The notes beneath the pieces are model-generated. The model had not been told where the DNA came from. It searched no databases and saw only the letters and a program-made list of their open reading frames with translations. Below are positions 48,391 to 57,959 of a DNA stretch of 64,000 bases, piece by piece. This DNA is from an uncultured Chloroflexia bacterium (GTDB taxonomy: Bacteria > Chloroflexota > Chloroflexia > QHBQ01 > JADMIH01): assembly GCA_963797095.1 (NCBI GenBank), contig CAWCNY010000003.1, forward strand, positions 96,001-160,000, in the 5' to 3' direction. The position numbers were made by a program, and so were the translations under genes. The first letter of the stretch is position 1, and every line of letters starts with the position of its first letter.

Positions 48391-48451
48391 TTTAACGGTA
48401 GAACATCGCACTTTGGATGCGAGGGTTGAGGTTCGAGTCCTTGCTGCCGAG
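48381..48451 (+). tRNA. tRNA-Gln(TTG)
   Basis: TCGGCAG/CTGCCGA acceptor stem, TCGCA-CTTTGGA-TGCGA anticodon arm and GGTTCGAGTCC T arm. Confidence 0.92.
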
Positions 48452-48525
48452 CCTGTGGTAGGAGGTCCGAGCTTCTTACCACATGACGACATTAACAAGA
48501 TAATAGGCGACAAAGGGTTGGGCAA

Positions 48526-48902
48526 GGTTGGCAAACGCAGGACGGCCGCTGCCGCAAGGTAGAGGAAAGTCCGAGCTACATCGAGCAGGGTGCCACGTGA
48601 AAGCGTGGGAAGGGCCGGTCGCAGGTCCTGACAGTCCAGATTGGCGTCCCCGCGAGGGGGCGAGAGCAACAGAGACTACTGCCACCCAGGCGGCTATGCC
48701 GCCCAAGTGGACTGAAAAGGGCAATCCTCCCTGTAGCAATCTCCGAATCGACCGCAGCCTGTGGGCAACCACGGGCGACAGGTGGCTCGCCGAGCCGGTC
48801 GAAAGTCGAGAGCACCTGCCGAGGTGACGAAGCAGGCGGCCCGCAAGGGTCGAGATAGATGGCCGTTTAGAACAGAACTCGGCTTACTCGCGAGAGCTAG
48901 CC
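48526..48902 (+). ncRNA. rnpB: RNase P RNA
   Basis: Universal GAGGAAAGTCC (48562) and AACAGAACTCGGCTTA (48871) P4 strands; P1 GGTTGGC/GCTAGCC; ends approximate. Confidence 0.93.
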
Positions 48903-48922
48903 CCTACCAATCCAATCAATAT

Positions 48923-48998
48923 GGTGACCGTAGTTCAATGGCAGAGCGCTTCACTGTGGATGAAGATGTTGCGGGTTCGAATCCCGTCGGTCACCCCA
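48923..48998 (+). tRNA. tRNA-His(GTG)
   Basis: G-1, GTGACCG/CGGTCAC stem, CTTCA-CTGTGGA-TGAAG, TTCGAAT, C73 and an encoded CCA. Confidence 0.96.
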
Positions 48999-49021
48999 CT
49001 AGCCTCCCCAAATCGCGGGGC

Positions 49022-49056
49022 AATCAGAAACAGACCAATTTGGTCTGTTTTTGATT
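49022..49056 (+). terminator. intrinsic terminator after tRNA-His
   Basis: AATCAGAAACAGACCAA-T-TTGGTCTGTTTTTGATT hairpin with a T-tract. Confidence 0.65.
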
Positions 49057-49280
49057 CAATTTCTCGAAAGTGCGAACCTGCACTTTCAATTCGATATCTC
49101 TCCCGGTTTTTGACGGCTGAGATAAACGAATAGTCATTGTAATATCAGGGCATCATCCTATATACTTGGTCAATTCAGTAACCCCATAATCTGCCAAACC
49201 GGCACAAAACCAGCACTACTACACAACCACATATTCAATACCGATTGCATACCGAGCGACATCAATGAGGAGGGAGAGGT

Positions 49281-52200
49281 ATGAAAAAGGTTAGAACGCG
49301 GCTGCTGGCCTGTCTTACGCTTCTGGGTCTGCTTGTGCAGACTCTGGCGGTATCAGGCCCTGCCACCAGTATCGCGGGCACGCTTACGCCCGACCCCACG
49401 TCTGTGACAATCGCAGGCAGCCTTCAAAGTGAGCTTGGCTGCGCGGGCGATTGGGATCCCACGTGCGCCACCACTCACCTGACCTATGACGCTGCCGACG
49501 ATGTGTGGCAAGGTTCGTGGCCCGTGCCTGCGGGCAGCTACGAATACAAGGCAGCGCTCAACGATGGTTGGGACGAGAACTACGGCCTGCATGGCGTAGC
49601 GGGCGGCGATAATATCCCGCTCAATCTCTCAGCAGAGACCACGGTCAACTTCTATTACGACCACAAGAGCCATTGGATCACCGACAACCATAACTCTGTG
49701 ATCGCGACTGTACCGGGCAGCTTCCAGGCCGCGCTTGGTTGCCCAGGCGATTGGCAGCCCGACTGCCTGCGCTCGTGGCTCCAGGACCTGGACGGCGATG
49801 GCACCTACACCTTCGAGACCACCGATATCCCGGCGGGCAGCTATGAAGCCAAGGTAACCATCAACGAAAGCTGGGATGAGAACTACGGCCAGGGTGGAGT
49901 GCCCGGCGGCGCGAACATCCCCTTTACCGTGCCCAACAACGGCGCGCAGGTGCGCTTCACCTATAACTCCACTACCCACGTACTGACCATTTCCGCAGGC
50001 CACGGGCACGATAACAACGTCGAATACGATGGGTTGGGACACAACTCCCAGGATCTGATCTACCGCCAGCCCTTCGGCGCGATCAATCCCGGCACGCCCG
50101 TTACCCTGCGCTTCCGCACCTTCGCCAACGACGTGACGGGTGTAACCGCACGCCTGTATGACACCTCTACAAGCCAGCAGACACTCGCAAGTATGCAGTT
50201 GGTCGCGAACGCGATCACGTGCTACTCAGCCGACCTGTCAGACCAAAGCTGCGATTACTGGGAGACTGTGGTCACCCCAACACAGAAAACCACCCTTTAC
50301 TACAGGTTCATAGTCACCGACGGCACCGCCACCGCCTATTACGCCGACGATAACTTCAAGGACGGTGGGTGGGGAACGGCTACGCCAAACCTGATCGATA
50401 ACAGCTACGCTATCACGGTTTACGATCCCGCCTTCCAGCCAATATCGTGGATGGAGGACGCGGTCATTTACCAGATATTCCCGGACCGCTTCCGCAACGG
50501 CAAGCCCTCCAACGACCCACATGGCAACGAGCCGCGCTACAGCTACCCCAGCAATCCACTCGACCAGATATTGATCAAGGCGTGGAACGCCCTCCCTGAG
50601 GGTTACTGCCGAGACTACGTCAATCCAGGCCAACCATGCACCGAAACCCCCATGGGCCGCGACTACTTCGGCGGCGACCTGAAAGGCGTGGACGAAGAAC
50701 TTGCGTATCTCAGGCTGCTGGGGGTCAACACGCTTTACTTCAACCCGATATTCGACTCGGCCTCCGATCACGGCTATGACACCCAGAACTACTACGCTAT
50801 AGATCCCTTCTTCGGCACGCAGCAGGACTGGGACAAGCTGGAGCGGGATGCCTCGCGGTTGGGCATACGGGTCATCCTGGACGGTGTGTTCAACCACGTA
50901 TCCTCAGACAGCAAGTACTTCGACAGGTACCACCACTTCTCCGACACCGGAGCGTGTGAAAGCGTCAACTCGCCTTACCGGTCGTGGTTCTACTTCCAGG
51001 ACCAGGCGGGCGGGCCGTGCGCAGGCCCGAACGGCCCCAACACGATGACTTACAGTGCCTGGTTCGGCTTCGACAGCCTGCCAGTGCTCAACAAGGATGT
51101 GCAGGCGGTACGCGACCTCTTCTATGCGCAACCGGGCAGCGTCAGCCGATACTGGTTGAACCAGGGAGCCGACGGCTGGCGTCTCGACGTGATGGGCGAC
51201 GGCTCGTTCCCCGATAGCTACTGGCAGGGGTTCCGCACCGCCGTCAAGAACACCAAGAGCACGGCCCCCATCATCGGCGAGCTTTGGAAGAAGGACGAGA
51301 TACTCCCCAAGATCCACGGCGACATGGCCGATACCACCATGAACTACAGGTTCCGCAACGCGATCCTCGGCTTCTTCGGGAAGGTTGACAACAAGGGTTT
51401 CCCCGACGACGGCCAGAGCGACGAGCCGCCTAGCCTATTCGCCAGCAAGCTCAACTCGTTGCGCGAGGACTATCCTGACGCCACCTACTACACGCTGATG
51501 AACCTGATGGACAGCCACGACACGCAGCGCATCCTCTGGAGCCTAACGCCCGGCGAGAACAACCGCGAAGACAAGGAGTTCAATGCGGCTAACGTGGCGA
51601 ACGGCAAGGACAAATTGCGCCTTGCCTCGCTGGTGCAGTTCACCATACCAGGCGCGCCCACGATCTACTACGGCGATGAGATCGGGATGACCGGCTCCGA
51701 CGACCCCGACGACCGCCGCACCTTCCCCTGGCTGGGCATCCTGCCGCACGGCGACCTGACCCTGGGACTCTACTACGCTCGCCTGGCGCAGATCCGCGAC
51801 AACAACCCGGTACTGCGAGATGGCACACTCAAGTTCCTACTCACAGACGATACCGATCGCACGCTGGCATACGGCATGAGGCAGGGCAACCAGGCGGCCA
51901 TCATTACCATCAACCGTGACGAGACCTCAAGCAAGACCCTTACTATACCTGTCGGCGGGTACCTGCCCAATGGTGTACAGTTCAGGAACGCGCTGGGTGG
52001 CGGCTCGGCTTCAACCTCCGGCGGCAATCTGGTAGTGACCCTTCCGCCACTCGGCGGCGCGATCTGGATGGCTCGCATCGGGCAGGACCTCACCCCTCCC
52101 AACCCACCTTATAACCTCGCGGCTAACGCCGGCAACGGGCAGGTGAGCCTTACCTGGCACTCGGTACCGAGCGCTACGGGCTACAACGTCTATCGCAGCC

Positions 52201-53366
52201 CGTTGAGCGGTGGCGGCTTCGAGATGGTTGGCACTTCTACCACCACCAGCTTCCTTAACACGGGTGTTACCAATAGCACTCGCTACTACTATGTAGTGAC
52301 CGCCCGCGACAGCGCAGGCAACGAAAGCCGCTGGAGTAACCAGGCATCGGCCATACCGTCGGCCCCGATAGGTTGGGCGGGTCACCTGTGGCCGCCTACG
52401 TTGACGATCACCATCAATGCCCTGCAAACGCAGACTGTGTATGCGCAGGTATGGGTGGACGGCGTTACCAATCTGCCTGGACAGGGAGCGGGTGTGCTGG
52501 CGCAGTTCGCCTATGGCGATACGGGCAGCAATCCGGCCACGTGGACCTGGATGCCTATGGCCTACAATACCGACGTGGGCAACAACGACGAATACAAAGT
52601 GGACTTCACGCCGGAGCAGGTCGGCACGTTTGACTACCTCGCAAGGTTTTCCACTAACCTGGGCGGGACCTGGACCTACGCGTACACCGACGACCTCCAG
52701 CGCGGCGTGCTGACAGTCAATGCGTCGTCCGATACGACGCCTCCTGCCGCCCCCACCAACCCGCACGTTACCGGCTCGTCGGCTAGCTCGATCAGCCTGG
52801 CATGGGACGCCAACAGCGAGCCCGACCTCTACAGGTACGAGGTGTGGCGCAGCACCACGAGCGGCGGGCCATACGGCAAGATCGCCAACGTGCCCGGCGG
52901 AACAACAGAGTATGACGATACCGGCGTTACGTCCAACGGCACCTATTACTACGTGATCACGGCGCAGGACACCTCGTTCAACCGCTCGACCAACTCGGCG
53001 CAGGTGACGGGGACGGCCACGCCGCAAACGGTGTCGGTGACGTTCACGACGACTCTACCCGCTAACACGCCTGCGGGCGATACCGTGCATATAGCGGGCA
53101 GCTTCCCGGCCCCATATCCTCAGTGGGACCCCGGCGCGCTGCCCATGACGCGGCTCGATGCCACGCACGCGCAGATCACGCTCAACATGCTGGAAGGCAC
53201 GCAGGTGGAGTACAAATACACACGGGGGACCTGGGACAGCGTCGAGAAAGGGCCTGCCTGCGAGGAGATACCAAACAGGCAACTCAGCGTGGAGCACAGC
53301 GCAAACGGCACCCAGCAGGTGGGCGATACGGTCGCCAAGTGGCGAGACATAGATGCCTGTCCGTGA
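49281..53366 (+). CDS. secreted GH13 amylopullulanase (X25-like repeats, catalytic domain, two FN3, CBM20)
   Basis: Signal peptide, IYQIFPDRF, DGVFNH, DGWRLDV, IIGE, DSHD, FN3 motifs and VEYKYTRG CBM20. Confidence 0.93.
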   Translation: MKKVRTRLLACLTLLGLLVQTLAVSGPATSIAGTLTPDPTSVTIAGSLQSELGCAGDWDPTCATTHLTYDAADDVWQGSWPVPAGSYEYKAALNDGWDENYGLHGVAGGDNIPLNLSAETTVNFYYDHKSHWITDNHNSVIATVPGSFQAALGCPGDWQPDCLRSWLQDLDGDGTYTFETTDIPAGSYEAKVTINESWDENYGQGGVPGGANIPFTVPNNGAQVRFTYNSTTHVLTISAGHGHDNNVEYDGLGHNSQDLIYRQPFGAINPGTPVTLRFRTFANDVTGVTARLYDTSTSQQTLASMQLVANAITCYSADLSDQSCDYWETVVTPTQKTTLYYRFIVTDGTATAYYADDNFKDGGWGTATPNLIDNSYAITVYDPAFQPISWMEDAVIYQIFPDRFRNGKPSNDPHGNEPRYSYPSNPLDQILIKAWNALPEGYCRDYVNPGQPCTETPMGRDYFGGDLKGVDEELAYLRLLGVNTLYFNPIFDSASDHGYDTQNYYAIDPFFGTQQDWDKLERDASRLGIRVILDGVFNHVSSDSKYFDRYHHFSDTGACESVNSPYRSWFYFQDQAGGPCAGPNGPNTMTYSAWFGFDSLPVLNKDVQAVRDLFYAQPGSVSRYWLNQGADGWRLDVMGDGSFPDSYWQGFRTAVKNTKSTAPIIGELWKKDEILPKIHGDMADTTMNYRFRNAILGFFGKVDNKGFPDDGQSDEPPSLFASKLNSLREDYPDATYYTLMNLMDSHDTQRILWSLTPGENNREDKEFNAANVANGKDKLRLASLVQFTIPGAPTIYYGDEIGMTGSDDPDDRRTFPWLGILPHGDLTLGLYYARLAQIRDNNPVLRDGTLKFLLTDDTDRTLAYGMRQGNQAAIITINRDETSSKTLTIPVGGYLPNGVQFRNALGGGSASTSGGNLVVTLPPLGGAIWMARIGQDLTPPNPPYNLAANAGNGQVSLTWHSVPSATGYNVYRSPLSGGGFEMVGTSTTTSFLNTGVTNSTRYYYVVTARDSAGNESRWSNQASAIPSAPIGWAGHLWPPTLTITINALQTQTVYAQVWVDGVTNLPGQGAGVLAQFAYGDTGSNPATWTWMPMAYNTDVGNNDEYKVDFTPEQVGTFDYLARFSTNLGGTWTYAYTDDLQRGVLTVNASSDTTPPAAPTNPHVTGSSASSISLAWDANSEPDLYRYEVWRSTTSGGPYGKIANVPGGTTEYDDTGVTSNGTYYYVITAQDTSFNRSTNSAQVTGTATPQTVSVTFTTTLPANTPAGDTVHIAGSFPAPYPQWDPGALPMTRLDATHAQITLNMLEGTQVEYKYTRGTWDSVEKGPACEEIPNRQLSVEHSANGTQQVGDTVAKWRDIDACP

Positions 53367-53388
53367 CCTCTCCCTGAGAGGTGGGCAA

Positions 53389-53441
53389 TTCCAAGATAAA
53401 GAAAATGGGCGGCGAAGCCGCCCATTTTCTTTATCTTGGAA
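53389..53441. terminator. perfect 25-bp-stem hairpin terminator
   Basis: TTCCAAGATAAAGAAAATGGGCGGC-GAA-GCCGCCCATTTTCTTTATCTTGGAA. Confidence 0.8.
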
Positions 53442-53595
53442 CCGGTGTTACTGCTCCAAACGAGCCACAGAGAGTTAGCCGTGCGAATTGTGTTGCCAAT
53501 CGTGGCCCGATTCGGTTAGACTTGGGATCTCTGCGAAGCATTTTCAGACGTGTGCGGCTGCAACACTGGAGCTGCAACACTGGATTGGAAAAACC

Positions 53596-55704
53596 ATGCG
53601 AAAACTTCTCATCTTCATCGGCCTACTTTCGCTTGCCATAGCCATCGGCGCGATTGCAAACCCCAACTCCTACGCACAAGACAAAGGTGACTCCGATCAT
53701 GGAGGCCGGCCCCCGATGTTTACCCCTGGGCCAATCGAAGGCCCCCTGGTGGAAGAAACAGCCATCCCCGCTCAACCTCTACCGCCCGATCTCCCTGAGG
53801 TTTTCCCCACGGTGTCGATGTTCGGCATGAACCTCTACCTGACAGGGCTTGAGCGAAGCGTCGGCCAGTCGAACCGGATCGGCCAGCTTGCGGCGGCTGA
53901 CGGCGTCAAATGGTCGCGGGAGGAGCTTTCGTGGGCCAACATCGAGCCGAACACCAAGGGCACATACAACTGGTCCCCCTACGATCAAAGGCTCGCCACC
54001 GACACCAACAACGGCATCCAGGTGATCGGGATGTTGCTCACCACCCCACGCTGGGCCAGCACCAACCCCCCCGCCTCCAACTGGTACTGGTACGAGCCTG
54101 CTAACTACAACGACTATTTCGATTTCGTGCGGGCGGCGGTAACACGGTGGAAAGGCACCATTCATACCTGGGAGATATGGAACGAGCCGAACCACGAGGG
54201 CACCTGGACCTGCCTGAATAGCTGCGACCGCGCGGCCCACTACGCGCAGCTTTTGCAGGGCGCTTACGTGGCGGTCAAGTCGGTTGACCCCTCGGCGCGC
54301 GTGCTTATCGGCGGGTTGTATGTCCACGATACCAACAACGAGGGGATGGCGTTCCTCAACAGCGTGGTGGCCGCTTCGGGAGGCGCGATCAACTTCGACG
54401 CTATGTCGATCCACACCTACATGCCCGACCGCGTGCCGGAGAGCACCGACCCCAACACCGTAGTCCAGAACTTCCAGTACAGGCTGAATATGGTCAACGA
54501 CTGGATCAACGCTCACGGCGGCCACCCAGCCGAGGTCTGGATTACCGAGGAGGGCAAGAGCACGTGCATACCGTCGGCGGCGTGCCCCTCCAACATGACC
54601 TGGAGCGAGGACGCCCAGGCATCGATGCTGGCGCGTATGTACGGGATCGCGGCGGCATCCCCCAGGGTAGTTCAGTACGACTACTTCCAGGCCGAGGACA
54701 AATTCAACAATCCCGCCGATCTATACGGCGGCATGTCTGTGATCCGCGACAACCTCACCACCAAGCCCGCCTACGATGCCTACCGCACCGTCGCAAGCCA
54801 GCTTGATGGGGCAACCTACGTGGGCATGGGGCCGCAGATGATACCGGGCAACAACCCCCGCCAGCCCGATACTTCCGACTTCATAGGCTTTGACTACAAG
54901 TTCGCGAAAGGGAGCCAGGTAGTCAACATGGTATGGCGGGTGAGCGGAAGCGCCAGCGTGGCGTACCCCGTGCAGGGCACCTCGGTGGACGTTGTGGACA
55001 GGGATGGCGGGGTCACACACATGACGTCGAGCGGCGGCACCATACCGCTCACCATAAGCTCGCGGCCCCAGTACGTGGTGACGCTTGCATGCACTGCCCG
55101 TTTCAACGACGTTTGCCCCGACTTCTGGGCCTATTCCTATATCGAGTGCCTGGCATCACGCGGGATCATATCGGGGTACACCGATGGCAGCTTCCGCCCC
55201 AACAACCTGATCACGCGCGGGCAGCTTGCCAAGATCGTGTCGAACTCGGCAGGCTTCAGCGAGAGCCACAACACCCAGACCTTCGCCGACATCGTGGTGG
55301 GCAGCACGTTCTACCAGTATGTTGAGAGATTGGCGTCGCGCAGCATAATCAGCGGGTACCCTTGCGGCGGCCCTGGCGAGCCTTGCGGCCCAGGCAATCG
55401 CCCTTACTTCCGGCCCAACGCCAACACCACGCGTGGACAGACGGCCAAGATCGTGTCGAACGCCAAAGGGTATAGCGATACGCCGACCGGCCAGACCTTC
55501 CAGGATGTCGCGCCCGGCAGCACCTTCTACCTGTGGGTACAAAGGCTTGCCTCTCGCAACATCATGAGCGGCTATGCGTGCGGCGGCCCTGGCGAGCCTT
55601 GCGGCTCAGGCAATCTCCCCTATTTCAGGCCGTCCAACAATGGAACGAGAGCGCAGGTGTCGAAGATCGTGGCAAACACCTTCTTCCCTTCGTGCACCCC
55701 GTAA
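53596..55704 (+). CDS. secreted clan GH-A glycoside hydrolase (GH39/GH5-like) with SLH domains
   Basis: Signal peptide, WEIWNEPN acid/base, VWITE nucleophile and three SLH repeats. Confidence 0.85.
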   Translation: MRKLLIFIGLLSLAIAIGAIANPNSYAQDKGDSDHGGRPPMFTPGPIEGPLVEETAIPAQPLPPDLPEVFPTVSMFGMNLYLTGLERSVGQSNRIGQLAAADGVKWSREELSWANIEPNTKGTYNWSPYDQRLATDTNNGIQVIGMLLTTPRWASTNPPASNWYWYEPANYNDYFDFVRAAVTRWKGTIHTWEIWNEPNHEGTWTCLNSCDRAAHYAQLLQGAYVAVKSVDPSARVLIGGLYVHDTNNEGMAFLNSVVAASGGAINFDAMSIHTYMPDRVPESTDPNTVVQNFQYRLNMVNDWINAHGGHPAEVWITEEGKSTCIPSAACPSNMTWSEDAQASMLARMYGIAAASPRVVQYDYFQAEDKFNNPADLYGGMSVIRDNLTTKPAYDAYRTVASQLDGATYVGMGPQMIPGNNPRQPDTSDFIGFDYKFAKGSQVVNMVWRVSGSASVAYPVQGTSVDVVDRDGGVTHMTSSGGTIPLTISSRPQYVVTLACTARFNDVCPDFWAYSYIECLASRGIISGYTDGSFRPNNLITRGQLAKIVSNSAGFSESHNTQTFADIVVGSTFYQYVERLASRSIISGYPCGGPGEPCGPGNRPYFRPNANTTRGQTAKIVSNAKGYSDTPTGQTFQDVAPGSTFYLWVQRLASRNIMSGYACGGPGEPCGSGNLPYFRPSNNGTRAQVSKIVANTFFPSCTP

Positions 55705-55716
55705 ACGGAGCCAGCA

Positions 55717-56229
55717 ATGACACAGGTCCTCCCGGCGCACGCTTACCTTGACGAGAGGGGCATCCCTTACAGGCGGTTGTCCTTTCCTACCGATACCGAA
55801 AAAGGCGCGGCCAACGTGGCGCGGGCGCTCGGCTACCGGGAGCGGCAGATGGTCAAGACCCTCGTCTTCGAGACCGACCAAGGCGAGTGTGCGCTGGTTA
55901 TGCTAGGCGGCGATCAGAACGCCATCTCCGGCCACCTGAAGAAGGCCCTCGGCTCGCGCAACATCCGCCTGGCCGACCCTGACAGGGTGCTCTCAACAAC
56001 GGGATATGTGATCGGCTCTATTCCGCCGTTTCACTGGCAGCCCGATGGGACCCGCTCGTTCATCGAGGAGAGCCTGATGTCGGAACCTTTACTGGGCGTG
56101 GGTGCAGGCCAATGGGGGGAGGAGATCATGATCACGCCCCAGTATCTTGTGGAGGCAAGCAGCGCGCAAGTCGTGAACCTCACCGACAGGGAGCGCCCCG
56201 CGATCACCGGGGAGGTGTCCGGGCAATAA
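55717..56229 (+). CDS. YbaK/EbsC aminoacyl-tRNA editing domain protein
   Basis: VKTLVF, TTGYVIGSIPPF and GAG motifs. Confidence 0.88.
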   Translation: MTQVLPAHAYLDERGIPYRRLSFPTDTEKGAANVARALGYRERQMVKTLVFETDQGECALVMLGGDQNAISGHLKKALGSRNIRLADPDRVLSTTGYVIGSIPPFHWQPDGTRSFIEESLMSEPLLGVGAGQWGEEIMITPQYLVEASSAQVVNLTDRERPAITGEVSGQ

Positions 56230-56269
56230 GAAAGCAGGGGGCGCGGGCCGAAACCTACCCCTGAAAGCC

Positions 56270-57880
56270 TCACACGAGCAAGGAGAGGATGCCCTTCAGC
56301 GGGATCATTACCCAGCCTGGGCGGTTATTCAACTCGTAAATCAGCTCGTAAACCGCCTTTTCGAGCAGGTGAGCGTCGAGCACAACCTGCAAATCCTTGC
56401 GGTTTTGGGGTAGGAAGCTGGCACCACCCGCCGTTTGCAGGTACTCGCGCAAGTAGGACACGCTCACCCACTGCTGCCACGCATCGGCGAGAGGTTCCAG
56501 GGACGCCAGGTTTTTCACCTCCGCGGCCTGCTGGTAGCTGAACATCCCCGAATAGGCCGCGTAGTGGAACGACCGGAGCATACCCGCCACATCCTTGAGC
56601 GGCGAGTGCTTCAATCTGCGCTCGGCAAGTGAGCGCACAGGCTCTCCCTCGAAGTCGATGATCATAAAGTCTCGGCCCGTATAGAGCACCTGGCCCAGGT
56701 GGTAATCGCCGTGGCAGCGTGTCCTGGTGGCGGCGAGTGGACGCTCAAGCAGCACGCCAAACTTGCTTTGCACCTCCGCTTGGCGCGCCAGGAGGGCGTT
56801 CCCCTCCTCTTGCACTTGAGCATGCAGGTAGCTCAGTCGCGACCGCAAGAGGCCAAAGGCATGCTCGGTGAGGGCGTTCATTGAGTTGTACATAGCGCGC
56901 TGGTATTCCGGAGTATAAGGTTCCGGCGCGAAGGCAGGGTCAGTCGGGTCGGACGCCAGGGCTATATGCATCTCAGCCGTTCGTCGCCCAAGGAGGCGCG
57001 ACCATCGCATGTAGTCACCGATGGCGCTTGTTTCTTCCGGGATACTCATATTGGCAAGGCGCAGCGGATGCCCCTGTGCAAGCGGGGGAGCCTCCGCGCT
57101 GTCGTAGGAATCAGAGGCGGTGCGACGGTAGTAGTCTCTCAATTCACCGAGAGTGAGGCTCCAGGCATCGCCGAAGTTCCGCACGAAACCCTGTAGGATC
57201 GCGAGCGTTACCGGCTCGCCTTCTGAGAGGTATTCCAGGGCGCCCGCCAGCGCGGGCGTGTGGGTGAAGCCTTGCTTGCCCAGGAAGCGGCCTACCTCAA
57301 GATCGGGGCTGGTGCCTTCTTCCAGGCGGCGGAACAGCTTGAGGATGAATCTGTTGCCGTACTTGATCGATGTGTTGCTCTGCTCAGCGCCCATGAGCGA
57401 AGGTTCAAGGTTGAACGTATCGCCAACCACATCGTCGAAGGCGTGGGTGCGCCAGGCGGTAATCTCGCCCGAGGGACTCGAGAAGTGATCCTGCCTCTCT
57501 ATCGCGTCCAGCAAGCTAAGTGTAAAGCTCGTGTTGAAAGTCGCGTCGTACAGCACCATCTCACGATGAGCATCCGCCTGGCCGTCAACGATGCGCGTCA
57601 CGATGGCCTGGTGCGCGTTGCCCGTCAGTTGCGCGTCGCTATTCGTGACACTGAGGGGCAGCACGTAGTGCTGGTACCCGCCATCCGCGTAATTCACGCG
57701 CAAAATGGTCATATAGGAACGCTCCTCATCGTGTGCCAGAGGCATCACGTCCACCAGCGCCACCGATGCGATAGTGCGCGCTTTGCCCCCGAACCAGCGG
57801 CGAGCAGCTAGATAGTCGGGCAGGACTGCCTCAAGTTTAGTTTTGTTCTCTCCCTCGAACAAGCTAAGGTCATCAGCCAT
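56270..57880 (-). CDS. maltokinase (Mak/Pep2-like)
   Basis: RWFGGK, AEQSNTS, HGDYHLGQVL, IDFEGEP and DVAGMLRSF; downstream of glgE. Confidence 0.9.
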   Translation of the reverse strand: MADDLSLFEGENKTKLEAVLPDYLAARRWFGGKARTIASVALVDVMPLAHDEERSYMTILRVNYADGGYQHYVLPLSVTNSDAQLTGNAHQAIVTRIVDGQADAHREMVLYDATFNTSFTLSLLDAIERQDHFSSPSGEITAWRTHAFDDVVGDTFNLEPSLMGAEQSNTSIKYGNRFILKLFRRLEEGTSPDLEVGRFLGKQGFTHTPALAGALEYLSEGEPVTLAILQGFVRNFGDAWSLTLGELRDYYRRTASDSYDSAEAPPLAQGHPLRLANMSIPEETSAIGDYMRWSRLLGRRTAEMHIALASDPTDPAFAPEPYTPEYQRAMYNSMNALTEHAFGLLRSRLSYLHAQVQEEGNALLARQAEVQSKFGVLLERPLAATRTRCHGDYHLGQVLYTGRDFMIIDFEGEPVRSLAERRLKHSPLKDVAGMLRSFHYAAYSGMFSYQQAAEVKNLASLEPLADAWQQWVSVSYLREYLQTAGGASFLPQNRKDLQVVLDAHLLEKAVYELIYELNNRPGWVMIPLKGILSLLV

Positions 57881-57959
57881 CTTTTCTCCTAGAAGTTACA
57901 GTTAGGGTACAGGTAAACACCCAAGCAAAACCCATGTGTCACTGGTCACCCGTCACTCA

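Noticed and set aside
48130-48451. tRNA split by a group I intron encoding HNH
   Set aside because: No complementary 3' tRNA half or group I core was found, and the downstream tRNA-Gln is complete on its own.
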